This document shows, one piece after another, positions 38,906-49,218 of a DNA stretch of 64,000 bases (position 1 is its first letter; each line of letters starts with the position of its first letter). Position numbers and translations under genes: made by a program. Below the pieces are notes generated by a model. The model had not been told where the DNA came from, made no database searches, and was given only the letters and a program-made list of their open reading frames with translations. The stretch spans positions 1,076,205 through 1,140,204 of the forward strand of contig CAWBGX010000010.1 in the NCBI GenBank assembly GCA_963788495.1. The letters are read 5' to 3'. This stretch comes from an uncultured Acidobacteriota bacterium. GTDB lineage: Bacteria; Acidobacteriota; Terriglobia; Acidiferrales; UBA7541.

Positions 38906-41900
38906 CTAGCGGCCGACGAGTATGAACGCGCCCCAGTAGTAAGGCAGGTCTGCGCCGTAGCGTTGCTTGACGCGATCGCGCTCGGTTATCTGCGCGCGGC
39001 GTAAGGCCTCGGGTTTGTCCATTCCGGTGAGCCAGTTTTTGTAAAACAGGGTCATCAATTCCTGGGTTTCGCGGTCGGGCACGGACCACAGGCTCATCAG
39101 CACCGACTCTGCTCCGGCTTCTTGCAGCGCGCGGCCCAGGCCGAAGACGCCCTCGCCATTCTGCACCTGACCGCGGCCGGTTTCGCAGGCGCTCAGTACC
39201 ACTAACTCGGTGCCCTGCAAATTCAGGGCAGTCGCTTCGTAGGCCGTAAGAACACCCGTCTCGACGCCCTCGAGGCTCGGCTCGCTCTTCAGGGTGCGAT
39301 CGGCGCCGGCAAAGAAAAGTCCGGAGCGCAGCATGGGATCTTCTAATCCTGAACTTTGGCCGCTCAGACTCTCTCCCAGCTTCACTTGTTGATCGGAGAG
39401 GAAAAAACCGTGAGTGGCCAAGTGCAGGACGCGCGGGTTGGCGGCTTTCTTCACCACTTCTTCGAGTGCCTGGTTATCCTGATAGTCCGAAACCCGCCAG
39501 TGCTTGGCGCGTAGCAATTCGCCGATGGTTTGAATTTCCGTGGCGGTGCCGGGTAGCGGGCATAGCACGCCGCCAGCGGGAGGCAGCGGATTGCAGGCGC
39601 CCCGTTCGGTGGCGGCTCGCGAAAGTGCGCCGCTCGCAGGATTGCCCGGAAGCACAGCGGAGGCCAACAGCATGGCGGGTTCCGGCTGCTGGGCGCCGTG
39701 CCAGCGGTTCAGCGCGATTCTTTGTTCCTCGTCGGTTAGCAGGAACCGCGGATTGCCCACGAGAGTGGCGGTGTTGCTGGTCGAGCGATAGCGTGCTCGC
39801 AGCAAATCTCTGGTACTCGACACCACGCGGAAATCGTACTTTTCCATGACGCGCCGGCCGTCGGACGCCTGCAAAACACCCAAGGGAATTTCGTTCAGCG
39901 TTCCGTCCAACGAAACGTAAACTCGTTTCACGCCCGCCAGCGGGGCTTCCAGCGGCTGCCACACGGAGTCATACAGGCCGCGCCATGGCGATGCGCCGGA
40001 CGGCAGCGCCTGGAGCGCTTTATGAGTCTTGCGGATGCCGACCTCGGCAAGATAGGCCGAAAAGGCGGCGCCTTCGAGATCGTGAGCCTCGCCAAGCTGG
40101 ATCAGCGCGGGTTGCGGGTTCTCCGGCCGAATGACCAGCGCGATGTAATAGATTTTGTCGGTTTGTTTGTTGCCATCGTGGAAGGGAAAGCGCACAAACT
40201 CAACGGCGGCGTCCGCCGGCTTAAGTGCTTTTTGCACATCCTGCCAGGTCGCACCGGTAAGGCTCTTTTGGTCGGCGAAGGAGCTGACCCGCCTGGCCAG
40301 CTGCTGCTCCAAATCGTTGGCTTCCGAATCGGCACGAGCGCGAGCCTCTTGCCAGCCGGTCGGGCGGAGGGCGATCAGGCGCGAGGATTGACTCTTTTTC
40401 GCGGTCAGGTCTTCGAAGATTTTTATGGCTTGAGGGTCGCCGCTGGCCGCAACCTGTGCGCGCAGCGTCGCTACGCTGGTGCTCACCAGGCCTTTCTGCC
40501 ACAACAGCAGGTCATAGGTCCTGCCCGCCACCGCCGCATCTTGCCCGTGCTCGGTGAGGGCCAGGCTGAAATACAAAGTAAACACCTTCTTCACGGTGGC
40601 CAAAAATTGCAGGCGGTCTTTTTCGCTCATGTAAGCGAAGCTGTATTCGAATCGCCCCCGCAAAATCCGCAAACTGCGCAGCACGAACTGCTCCGCCTGG
40701 TCGTAATGGCCTTCGGCGTAGTACAGCTTTGAGAGGCAATAGAGGTCGGTGGCGACCCTTGGGTGGTCCGCGCCCAGCGCTTGCTCTTCAATTTGCAGGG
40801 CGCGCTTCTCCAGGGGTTCGGCCTCACTGTACCGCTGTTGTTCGGCGTACAGCGCGGCCAGGTTGCTCAGGTCGTTAGCCACGTCCGGGTGGTTGGGGCC
40901 GCGGGTTTTTTCGCGAATGGCCAAGCCGCGCTTATACAGCGGCTCGGCTTCTGCGTAGCGGCCTTCCGCGACTTCGAGAACGGCGAGGTTGGTCATGGTG
41001 CCGGCCACCTCCGGGTGCTCCGGCCCAAGCGCTTTCTCGCGGATCGCCAGGGCGCGCTGGTACAGCGGCTCGGCTTCTTTGTAGCGGCCCTCCGCGACGT
41101 AGAGGACCGCCAGATTGTTCAGCGCGTAGGCTACGGTCGGATTGTCCGGGCCGAGCGCCTTTTCATTGATCGCCAGCGCGCGTTTTGAGAGTGCTTCGGC
41201 CTCGGCGTACCGGCCCTGCTCTTCATACAGACTTTGGAGATTGTTGAGCACAGTGGCGACGTTCGGATGATCCGGGCCGAGCACTTTTTCGTAAATCGCC
41301 AGGGCGCGTTTTGAGAGGGTTTCGGCTTCCCCATAGCGGCCCTGCTCGCGGTACAGATTCTGCAGGTTGCTCAGGACCAGGGCTACGTCCGGGTGGTCCG
41401 GGCCAGCTACTTTCTCATTGATCGCCAACGCGCGCTTGTAAAGCTGCTCGGACTCCTTGTAGCGGCTCTCGGCGTTGTACAACAATGCGAGGTTACCCAG
41501 ATCTATGGCCACTTGGGGATCGTCCGGCCCCAGCTCTTTTTCATTGATGGCGAGAGCGTGCTTGTAGAGCTCTTCGGACTCGGCGTAGCGACTTTGTTCT
41601 TCGTACAAAATTGCGAGATTGTTCAAGGTTTCAGCCACGCTGGCGTGCTCCGGGCCAAGCACCTTCTCTCGAATGGCCAGCGCCCGCTGGTAGACTTGCT
41701 CCGCCTCGGCGAAGCGTCCTTGCGAGTCATAGATGATTCCGAGGTCGTTCAAGCTCTCGGCCACGTCGGGGAGCTCCGGGCCTAGCACTTTCTCCCCAAT
41801 CGCCAGTGCGCGTTTGAAACGCGCTTCCGCGTCGGAGTACTGACCTTCGCAGTAACTCAGTTGGCCCAATTCATTCAATAACTCGGCCAAGGGAGCGGCT

Positions 41901-42229
41901 TCCGGCCCAAACGTTTTTTCTCGAATCGTTAGGGCGCGTTTGAGCAGCGCCTCGGCTTCGGGATACTGGCCTAAGGCCATGTCGGCCATGCCCAGTTTTT
42001 GCAGTGCGGTGGCGGTGTTGGCGTGCTCTGGGCCAAAGGTGGCTTCGGCAAGGCGCACCGCTTCCTTCGCCAGCGGGACGGCCTCGGTAGTCTTGCCCTG
42101 TTTTTGAAGTTGCTCGATTTGCGCGTCGAGCTCTTTCCAACGCGTCTCCTGCGCCCAAATGGGAGCTGGCAGGAGTGACGCAGAAACCAAGATCAGGCTC
42201 AGGCGGATGCCGCTGAAATGGCCTGGCAT
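38906..42229 (-). CDS. TPR-CHAT (caspase-like protease) protein with signal peptide
   Basis: About 11 42-aa TPRs ('ALAIREK.LGP.HP.VA..LNNLA.LY..QGRY.EAE'); catalytic LHLATHG and LSACETG. Confidence 0.95.
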   Translation of the reverse strand: MPGHFSGIRLSLILVSASLLPAPIWAQETRWKELDAQIEQLQKQGKTTEAVPLAKEAVRLAEATFGPEHANTATALQKLGMADMALGQYPEAEALLKRALTIREKTFGPEAAPLAELLNELGQLSYCEGQYSDAEARFKRALAIGEKVLGPELPDVAESLNDLGIIYDSQGRFAEAEQVYQRALAIREKVLGPEHASVAETLNNLAILYEEQSRYAESEELYKHALAINEKELGPDDPQVAIDLGNLALLYNAESRYKESEQLYKRALAINEKVAGPDHPDVALVLSNLQNLYREQGRYGEAETLSKRALAIYEKVLGPDHPNVATVLNNLQSLYEEQGRYAEAEALSKRALAINEKALGPDNPTVAYALNNLAVLYVAEGRYKEAEPLYQRALAIREKALGPEHPEVAGTMTNLAVLEVAEGRYAEAEPLYKRGLAIREKTRGPNHPDVANDLSNLAALYAEQQRYSEAEPLEKRALQIEEQALGADHPRVATDLYCLSKLYYAEGHYDQAEQFVLRSLRILRGRFEYSFAYMSEKDRLQFLATVKKVFTLYFSLALTEHGQDAAVAGRTYDLLLWQKGLVSTSVATLRAQVAASGDPQAIKIFEDLTAKKSQSSRLIALRPTGWQEARARADSEANDLEQQLARRVSSFADQKSLTGATWQDVQKALKPADAAVEFVRFPFHDGNKQTDKIYYIALVIRPENPQPALIQLGEAHDLEGAAFSAYLAEVGIRKTHKALQALPSGASPWRGLYDSVWQPLEAPLAGVKRVYVSLDGTLNEIPLGVLQASDGRRVMEKYDFRVVSSTRDLLRARYRSTSNTATLVGNPRFLLTDEEQRIALNRWHGAQQPEPAMLLASAVLPGNPASGALSRAATERGACNPLPPAGGVLCPLPGTATEIQTIGELLRAKHWRVSDYQDNQALEEVVKKAANPRVLHLATHGFFLSDQQVKLGESLSGQSSGLEDPMLRSGLFFAGADRTLKSEPSLEGVETGVLTAYEATALNLQGTELVVLSACETGRGQVQNGEGVFGLGRALQEAGAESVLMSLWSVPDRETQELMTLFYKNWLTGMDKPEALRRAQITERDRVKQRYGADLPYYWGAFILVGR

Positions 42230-42919
42230 AGCTATCTCCCCTTGTTACCTAACGGACTAGCCGGGCAAGCAGCGCGTGTTGAAGATGACCGCCGACGCTC
42301 CAAGGGCGACGATCCTCGAGGCAATTCATTGCCTGTACCTTTGGACAGTCAGCGGCGCGCTAGAACGCCTCTTCGGAGTGGATTTTGCGGGTGCGTTTCG
42401 TCGCCGCAGATAGTACCGGCGGCCATTTGATGGCGGATGTGCTTCCCTGATACTACCTGGAGTCTGCGGTCCTTCCGCTCATTGTCAAGTAGCCCGCGCT
42501 CTTGAGAATCCGCCGAGGAGATAGGAAATAGCTTGCGGGCGAGCAAGAGGCGACCGAAAGACCGCCTTGCAGCTCACCGACGGTTTGTGCCAGCCGCGCT
42601 GGTCTTAAACCAGCCTCAAAACTGGCCTAATTCGAGCCATGGGACGGGTTCCGGACGAGTCCACCATGCGGAATTGTTTTCCGAAAATTACCCTGGAGAC
42701 ACGTGTCGCGCGTTATTCGAGTAGCTGCCATCGAAAAATTGTCTTTGCAACATTCGTTGCAGATGAACTATACAAGCTCCCACTCGAGGTGGGGCGTGGC
42801 CGAGAAAACATTTTTCCAAACGTAGCAAGATTGCTTTTTCAATGCCACGCGACCCCTACCCGTTTGGCCCGGAAACAAACTTTGCAGCACGCGCGAAAGC
42901 CGCTCGAAGGGGAGAAAAC

Positions 42920-45900
42920 ATGGCAGCTGGATTTATCCGCAGATCTACCTCGCTGGTACTTTTCGCACTAATTTTTACCGCGACTTATTTGGCGAACGCG
43001 TCGCTGGCGTGCGCGCAGGTGACCACCTCGACCGGGAGCATTCAGGGAACACTGACGGACCAGAAAGGCGGAGCGCTGACCTCCGCCAAAGTGACCATCA
43101 TTAACAAGAGCACCGGACAAACACTGGCAGTCAACGTGAATGATGCCGGGGTGTATGTTTCCGGGGCGCTGAAACCGGGAGAGTACCTGGTGCGTGTAGA
43201 AGCCGCAGGTTTCAAGACGTCGGAACTGTCCGTAACCGTGGAAGTGGGGGTGGTGTCCTCGGGAAGTGTGACGCTGGACGTCGGGTCGGAAAAAACCGTG
43301 GTGTCGGTGGAGGCCTCGGCGGTGGCGGTCAATGCGGAACAGGCTACCGTCCAAGGCGTTCTGACCAGCGAGCAGATCGAAACGCTGCCGATCAACGGGC
43401 GAAATTTCCTGGACTTGGCGCAGCTGGAGCCGGGTGTGCAGATTCAGGACGGCGCCAACTTCGATCCGACCAAGAATGGTTTCTCGTCGATTTCTTTTGC
43501 CGGGCATTTCGGCCGCACCACGCGCATCGAAGTGGACGGCGTGGACATCAGCGATGAGACCGTGGGAACGACCACGCAGAACATCCCGCAGGTTTCCATC
43601 CGCGAATTTCAGATCGGGCAATCGAGCCTGGATCTTTCCACCGAGCTGACGTCCACGGGGACGGTAAACGTGGTCACCCGGTCGGGTTCGAACGACATTC
43701 ACGGGGAAGGATTTTTCTACTGGAGGGGTGACAGCGTGTCGGCAAAATTGGGCTCGCTGCCGTCACCTTTCGACCGCAAGCAATTCGGAGGCCGCTTTGG
43801 CGGACCGATCCTCAAAGACAAATTGTTCTTCTTCGGCGGCTTCGAGCGGGCACAGCAAAGTCTGCAATCGTTGCAGGTAATTCCGGCGCCATTCAACAGC
43901 CTGAGCAGCGCGTTCGACTCGCCATTCCACGATACGATGTACATTGGCCGTTTGGACTGGCAGGCTCGGCCGAATCTTCAGATCTTCTATCGTTTTTCCT
44001 ACGAGCAGAATCGCACCGTGAAGGGCATCATCCCCAACAATTTCCAGCCGTTTGCCAACGCGGATAACACGCCGGTTCATGCCATCGGCGTGGACTACAG
44101 CCACGGATCTTGGGCGCATAGTTTGCGAATCGGGTACACCAAATTCCGCAACGGAATCAACGACGCCGTGATTGGCAGCCCCGTCTTTGATCCCGCGCCG
44201 GGGATCGCCATTGAAATCGGCGGCGATCCGTTCTGTCTGACCGCGGGTGTCGATCCGCTGTGCACCGGACCGAACTTCCTGGCGCCGCAAAAAACCTTTC
44301 AGAGCAACAAACAGACCAAGTACGACGGAACGAAGACCATTGGCAGGCACACTCTGCGGTTCGGTGCTGGGGTCAACCGCATCCAGGGGGGCGTCTTTGC
44401 GGCGTTCATCGGCTCGGCGCCAATCGTGGGGTCGAACTTCGACTTGCCGGCTGGCGCTGACGCCGCCGACCCTCTGCAATACCGGGTCACCAATCTTTCC
44501 CTCGGAAATGGACAGGGTTTCTTCACCGAGCGGCCGGGGTTCGGTTTTCCCGGAGGCGAGTCTTCGGACACCCGAATGCAGTTCTACTTCGGCGACGTTT
44601 GGAAAGTAAAATCCAACCTTTCTCTGACAGTGGGGCTGCGCTACGTGCGGGATTCCGGACGAACGGATAGCGACCTGGGGCCCATTCCTTGCTCGGCGAC
44701 TACTCTATTTACGTGCACGGGTAATCTGCTGGATCAGTTTGGCGCGGGGTTGGGCGGCCGGGTGCAGCAGCCCAACAAGAATTTCGCGCCGCAGATCGGC
44801 ATTGCCTGGGACCCGCAGAAGAATCACAAAACCGTGATTCGCGGGGGCTTTAGCCTGGCTTACGAAAACGCCTTGTTCAACAACGTGTTGTTCGACCGTT
44901 CGGGACGCCTGCCGCAGGGATTGTTCCTGGTCACCCAGAACATTTGCCCGGTCGGGCAGCTGGCTTTGCCCGGCGGCGGGACTATAGACACGGTTCCGAG
45001 CGACGGCCATGACATCGCCACGCAGGTTTGCGGACAGCCGATTGGCAACGTAGCGGCGGACGCCATGGAACTCGAGGATATCTACCGCAAAGCCACGCTC
45101 TCCGCGGGCGCGCAAACCAATGGCGGATTCATCGGGAACCTGCTGGCGGATTCTTTCAACGTAACCCTGACGAACCTGCTGGCGCCGCAATACCGGTCGC
45201 CCTACTCGATGGAGTTCAACGTCGGGGTATCCCGGGAACTTCGTCCGGGCACGGTGCTGTCCGTGGATTACCTGCGAAACGTGGCGCTGCACGGGTTGAT
45301 CGGCGTGGATACCAATCACGTCGGCGACGCGCGATTTCTGGAAACCAAGGCTGCCTTGGGTGCCATCTCGGCTACAAACGCCGCGAAGGGTTGTGGCGCG
45401 GGGACCGATGCCGCCGCCATCCAGTGCGCGATCACTGCTGGCGCCACCATAGTCGATTACGCGGGCAACGGTCTGGATTCCGGCAACGCCTTTAATGGCG
45501 GCGGCCTTTCTCCTTATGTGTTCGGCCGGACCCCGGATACCGGCGCGGCCTTCGGCGGAGTGAACCCCAACGTGGGAACCAACCAGATGTTGTTCCCGAT
45601 CGGACGCTCGGTGTACAACGCGCTGCAGATGAAGTTGACCAGCCAATGGAACAACCCGCTGCCGGGGGTTAAGGCCATGAATATGCAGGTGTCTTACGCT
45701 TATTCGCGGGCGGTCGCGGCGGTCAAGGACGTGGACTTCATCGCCAACGCCTATGACTTCCGGAATACCGGATTTTCCGGTCCCAACGGATTGGACCGCA
45801 CGCACCAGTTTTCCGCCGGTGCTACCTTCAGCATGAAGTACGGAGTGGAGCTCAGCTTCATCACCCACTGGAACAGCCCGCTGCCAGCCGACATTAAACT

Positions 45901-46534
45901 ACGAACACCGAATCCCGTGGGAGCCATCTTTACTTCGGATCTGACCGGGGATGGCTCGTTCGCCGGGAACACGCTGGGGGCGTCTGGTGATCTCCTGCCG
46001 GGCACCAAGCCTGGAGGATTCGGCCGCGATTTCGGCGTTTCTGGGCTCACCAAGCTAATCGACAGCTATAACAGCACCATTGCCGGACAAACGTTGACGC
46101 CCGCCGGACAAGCTTTGGTCGACGCCGGACTCTTTACCAAAGCGCAGTTGATCGCGTTGGGCGCGACGCCTCAGCCCATCGCCGATCCGCCACCGGGTGA
46201 GGTGGGCCTGGGCAGCTTTTTCACGTTTGACTTGCGGCTGGGCTGGAATCTGCGGCCGGTGAAGAAATGGGAGCACCTGCAATTTTCGCCACAGGTGAAT
46301 ATCTATAACCTCTTTAACCGGCAGAACTACGATTCGCCGAGCCTGCCGCTCAGCGGCATTTTGAATGGCGGTCCCGGGTTCTTGAATGGCACCACGGCGC
46401 ACGACCAGGTCGGCTGTAGTCCTACGAACCAAAGCAAGTGCACTGGCCGCACCAACCTGATCGGCTTGGGCTCCGGCGTCTTTGCGCTCGGTGCGCCACG
46501 CTCCCTGGAGTTCGGCTTCCGGGTGATCTTCTAG
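42920..46534 (+). CDS. TonB-dependent receptor, Oar-like with carboxypeptidase-regulatory N-domain
   Basis: 'LPINGRNFLDLAQLEPGV', 'VVTRSGSNDIHG', 'GGPILKDKLFFF', terminal 'PRSLEFGFRVIF'. Confidence 0.93.
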   Translation: MAAGFIRRSTSLVLFALIFTATYLANASLACAQVTTSTGSIQGTLTDQKGGALTSAKVTIINKSTGQTLAVNVNDAGVYVSGALKPGEYLVRVEAAGFKTSELSVTVEVGVVSSGSVTLDVGSEKTVVSVEASAVAVNAEQATVQGVLTSEQIETLPINGRNFLDLAQLEPGVQIQDGANFDPTKNGFSSISFAGHFGRTTRIEVDGVDISDETVGTTTQNIPQVSIREFQIGQSSLDLSTELTSTGTVNVVTRSGSNDIHGEGFFYWRGDSVSAKLGSLPSPFDRKQFGGRFGGPILKDKLFFFGGFERAQQSLQSLQVIPAPFNSLSSAFDSPFHDTMYIGRLDWQARPNLQIFYRFSYEQNRTVKGIIPNNFQPFANADNTPVHAIGVDYSHGSWAHSLRIGYTKFRNGINDAVIGSPVFDPAPGIAIEIGGDPFCLTAGVDPLCTGPNFLAPQKTFQSNKQTKYDGTKTIGRHTLRFGAGVNRIQGGVFAAFIGSAPIVGSNFDLPAGADAADPLQYRVTNLSLGNGQGFFTERPGFGFPGGESSDTRMQFYFGDVWKVKSNLSLTVGLRYVRDSGRTDSDLGPIPCSATTLFTCTGNLLDQFGAGLGGRVQQPNKNFAPQIGIAWDPQKNHKTVIRGGFSLAYENALFNNVLFDRSGRLPQGLFLVTQNICPVGQLALPGGGTIDTVPSDGHDIATQVCGQPIGNVAADAMELEDIYRKATLSAGAQTNGGFIGNLLADSFNVTLTNLLAPQYRSPYSMEFNVGVSRELRPGTVLSVDYLRNVALHGLIGVDTNHVGDARFLETKAALGAISATNAAKGCGAGTDAAAIQCAITAGATIVDYAGNGLDSGNAFNGGGLSPYVFGRTPDTGAAFGGVNPNVGTNQMLFPIGRSVYNALQMKLTSQWNNPLPGVKAMNMQVSYAYSRAVAAVKDVDFIANAYDFRNTGFSGPNGLDRTHQFSAGATFSMKYGVELSFITHWNSPLPADIKLRTPNPVGAIFTSDLTGDGSFAGNTLGASGDLLPGTKPGGFGRDFGVSGLTKLIDSYNSTIAGQTLTPAGQALVDAGLFTKAQLIALGATPQPIADPPPGEVGLGSFFTFDLRLGWNLRPVKKWEHLQFSPQVNIYNLFNRQNYDSPSLPLSGILNGGPGFLNGTTAHDQVGCSPTNQSKCTGRTNLIGLGSGVFALGAPRSLEFGFRVIF

Positions 46535-46559
46535 CCGGTTTTAGTCAGACAACAACCTG

Positions 46560-46596
46560 CGGCGGGGAGCCATCCGGCTCCTCGCCGTTCTTTTTT
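46560..46596 (+). terminator. intrinsic terminator
   Basis: CGGCGGGGAGCC-ATCC-GGCTCCTCGCCG followed by TTCTTTTTT. Confidence 0.85.
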
Positions 46597-46679
46597 GGAG
46601 AAAAGAGTCCAAACGGGATGGCTAACTGGCTTGGTCTTGGCGCCGTTATCCCGTGGCAGCGGAAATTCGCCCCGTACTC

Positions 46680-46734
46680 TTGACAATCCACCGGGCGGGC
46701 GTGGACAATGGCCATAGGCGAACAAAAGGCGAAA
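46680..46734 (+). promoter_or_regulatory. sigma70 promoter with LexA (SOS) box
   Basis: TTGACA-18-GACAAT, then GGCGAACAAAAGGCGAAA (GAAC-N7-GAAA), a one-mismatch match to the reverse complement of the GTTC-N7-GTTC LexA box. Confidence 0.75.
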
Positions 46735-46768
46735 CTAGTCCCCACGCTCCTTTTGCTTACGACCGCTT

Positions 46769-47563
46769 ATGGCTGCCAACTCCCTAGCTACGCTGCGCTC
46801 CAAATTAGAATTCGATCTCCGCGCGCGGGTCCCCGCGCCTTTCACCTACCGCGACCGCCATGTCGGCGACGTGGTTTCCACCGGCATCCCGGAAATTGAC
46901 TCTTCCGTGGGCGGCTTGCCTCGCGGGGCGCTGACGGAGATTTGCGGGCCGGCGTGCTCGGGGCGCACCAGTTTGCTGCTTTCGGCTTTGGCTTCCAGAA
47001 CCGCGGAGGGGGAAGTGTGTGCGCTGGTGGACGCGCGGGATAGTTTCGATCCGCAGACAGCCAGCGCTGCCGGCGTGGCGTTACAGCAATTGCTCTGGGT
47101 GCGCTGCCGGAACATCGATCAGGCGCTGCGAGCCACCGACCTGCTGATTCAAGGCGGGGGTTTTGGCTTGGTGGCCGTGGATTTGAGCGATGTGCCTCCG
47201 CAGACGGTTCGTTATGTGCCGCTGAACGCCTGGTTCCGTTTCCGCCGCGCGGTGGAAGATACCCCGACGATTCTGGTGCTACTCGAGCAAGAAGCTAACG
47301 CCAAGACCTGTGCCTCCTTGGTTTTGCGAATGGATGCGCGGGCGGGGCGCTGGTCGGAAGCGGCACCGGCCCGCGTGGAAAATTCTCTTGGCTATCCGTT
47401 TGCGCGCTTGCTGAAAGGTTTTCCGGTGCATACCGAAGTGGTCAGGTCGCGCATCGCTCCGGCAGCGGACGCACCGTTGGAACATCGTTTTGCGGCCGGA
47501 AATGCGGCCGGCAGGGTAGAGATTTTTGAAACCAGGGCCACGTGGAGCGATTTTCGAGGCTGA
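46769..47563 (+). CDS. imuA: ImuA, RecA-like mutagenesis accessory protein
   Basis: 'STGIPEID..GGLPRGALTEICGPACSGRT'; first gene of the cassette. Confidence 0.85.
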   Translation: MAANSLATLRSKLEFDLRARVPAPFTYRDRHVGDVVSTGIPEIDSSVGGLPRGALTEICGPACSGRTSLLLSALASRTAEGEVCALVDARDSFDPQTASAAGVALQQLLWVRCRNIDQALRATDLLIQGGGFGLVAVDLSDVPPQTVRYVPLNAWFRFRRAVEDTPTILVLLEQEANAKTCASLVLRMDARAGRWSEAAPARVENSLGYPFARLLKGFPVHTEVVRSRIAPAADAPLEHRFAAGNAAGRVEIFETRATWSDFRG

Positions 47564-47604
47564 TTTGAACATTTTTTTGCGTTCACTATCCGGATCGACT
47601 TTTT

Positions 47605-49218
47605 ATGGCTTTTGCTTGCATTCATATTCGCGATTTTCTGGTGCAGTCCATGGTGCGCGCCGAGCCGGCGCTTGGTTCTTGCGCGGTTGCGCTGATCAGC
47701 GGCGTTGCACCGCTGTGGAACGTGGTGGCGGCCAATCCCGCGGCCTTACAGGCAGGAATCCAGCTGGGCATGACGAAAGCGCAGGTGGCCGAATTTTGCA
47801 GCGTGGAAATTCGCCAGCGCTCGGAAGCGCAGGAAAGGATCGCGCATGCCGCTTTGCTGGATGTGGGATGGAGCATATCGCCGCGCGTGGAAGACACCGC
47901 GCCGGATACCATCGTTCTCGATCTGGATGGGCTCACGTCGTTATTCGGCTCTGACGAAAATATAGCGCGGCAGTTGGAGCGGCGTTTAGCCGCTGTTGGT
48001 TTGGTTGCGCGCATCGCTGTGGCTTCCAATATCGAAGTGGCCCTTCATGCCGCCCGCGGCTTCCCGGGGATTACCATCGTTCCCACGGGTGAAGAATCGC
48101 AGCGTTTGAGCGGCCTGCCGGTCCACATACTTTCCACTGGGCCGGAAGTTCTGGAAATCCTGGAACGTTGGGGTGTGGACACCTTGCAAGCTTTGGCCGT
48201 GCTGCCTGTTTTGCAGCTTTCCGAACGCCTGGGGCAGGAGGGAGTGCACCTGCACGAACTGGCGCGTGGAGCATGCGTGCGTTCGCTGGTGCTCGCGCAA
48301 TTGGTTACGCGTTTTGAAGAGGAGATGGAGCTGGATGAGGCTGTGGAAGAGCTGGAGCCGCTGTCGTTTTTGTTGGGACGATTGCTCGATGAGCTTTGCG
48401 CGCGATTGGAGGCCCGTGCTCTGGCGGTCCATGCCGTCCACGTGCGCTTCGATCTGGAACCTTCCTTTGAAGATGCGCTGCAATTGCGGAAGGACGAGAC
48501 GCGGAAGAAGACGGCAGCAAAGTTTTATGCAAAGACCTTGGCTTTGCCTGTGCCCATGCGGGATTCCAAGCTGCTCTTGAAATTGCTGCGCTTGCAATTG
48601 CAGGCCGATCCGCCGCTGGCGCCCATTCAGAAAATATTTTTGGCCGCGGATTCCAGCGCGCCGCGCGTGGTACAAGGCGGGTTGTTTGTGCCTTATGCGC
48701 CCGATCCGGAAAAGCTGGAACTTACCATTGCGCGGCTGGCCAAGCTGGTGGGCGATTGCAACGTGGGCTCTCCGGAATTGCTCGATACCCATGGCCCGCA
48801 GAATTATCGGATCGGCCGGTTTTTTGCTCCTGGACAACAGCGGGCCAAGAGCCTTTCAAGAACTGGCGTTTTGCCGGACGCGGAACAGCGTTGCGAGACG
48901 CGCGAGCCGCTGGCTGGTTTTCGCGCGTTTAGGCCGTCGCTGCCGGTGGCCGTGGAACTGCGGGAAAAACAGCCGGCGCGCATTTATCTCCAGGGAGTAC
49001 ACGGCGACGTGCTTGCGGCTTCGGGTCCCTGGCGCAGCTCGGGGGATTGGTGGCAGGAAGACGCCTGGCATCAAGACGAATGGGATTTGGCTATTGATTT
49101 TGATGTTGCACGCGAATCGCGCGGGCCAATCACGAATCCCTGGCCGCAGTACGGCGTGGTTCGCATTTTTTACGACGCCGTTCGCCACAGCTGGTTCGTG
49201 CGAGGGTTCTACGATTGA
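47605..49218 (+). CDS. imuB: ImuB, Y-family polymerase-like protein
   Basis: Y-family N-terminus without the usual catalytic Asp motifs, QGGLF clamp motif, 'GPWRSSGDWW', terminal GFYD. Confidence 0.9.
   Translation: MAFACIHIRDFLVQSMVRAEPALGSCAVALISGVAPLWNVVAANPAALQAGIQLGMTKAQVAEFCSVEIRQRSEAQERIAHAALLDVGWSISPRVEDTAPDTIVLDLDGLTSLFGSDENIARQLERRLAAVGLVARIAVASNIEVALHAARGFPGITIVPTGEESQRLSGLPVHILSTGPEVLEILERWGVDTLQALAVLPVLQLSERLGQEGVHLHELARGACVRSLVLAQLVTRFEEEMELDEAVEELEPLSFLLGRLLDELCARLEARALAVHAVHVRFDLEPSFEDALQLRKDETRKKTAAKFYAKTLALPVPMRDSKLLLKLLRLQLQADPPLAPIQKIFLAADSSAPRVVQGGLFVPYAPDPEKLELTIARLAKLVGDCNVGSPELLDTHGPQNYRIGRFFAPGQQRAKSLSRTGVLPDAEQRCETREPLAGFRAFRPSLPVAVELREKQPARIYLQGVHGDVLAASGPWRSSGDWWQEDAWHQDEWDLAIDFDVARESRGPITNPWPQYGVVRIFYDAVRHSWFVRGFYD

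Noticed and set aside
40700-42050. 126-bp DNA tandem repeats (and 69-bp repeats at 20.4-21.5 kb)
   Set aside because: Fully explained by TPR and LRR coding repeats
47566-47585. TGAAC-N10-GTTCA between imuA and imuB as a second SOS box
   Set aside because: Inverted arrangement and spacing do not fit the direct-repeat box; may be a weak hairpin
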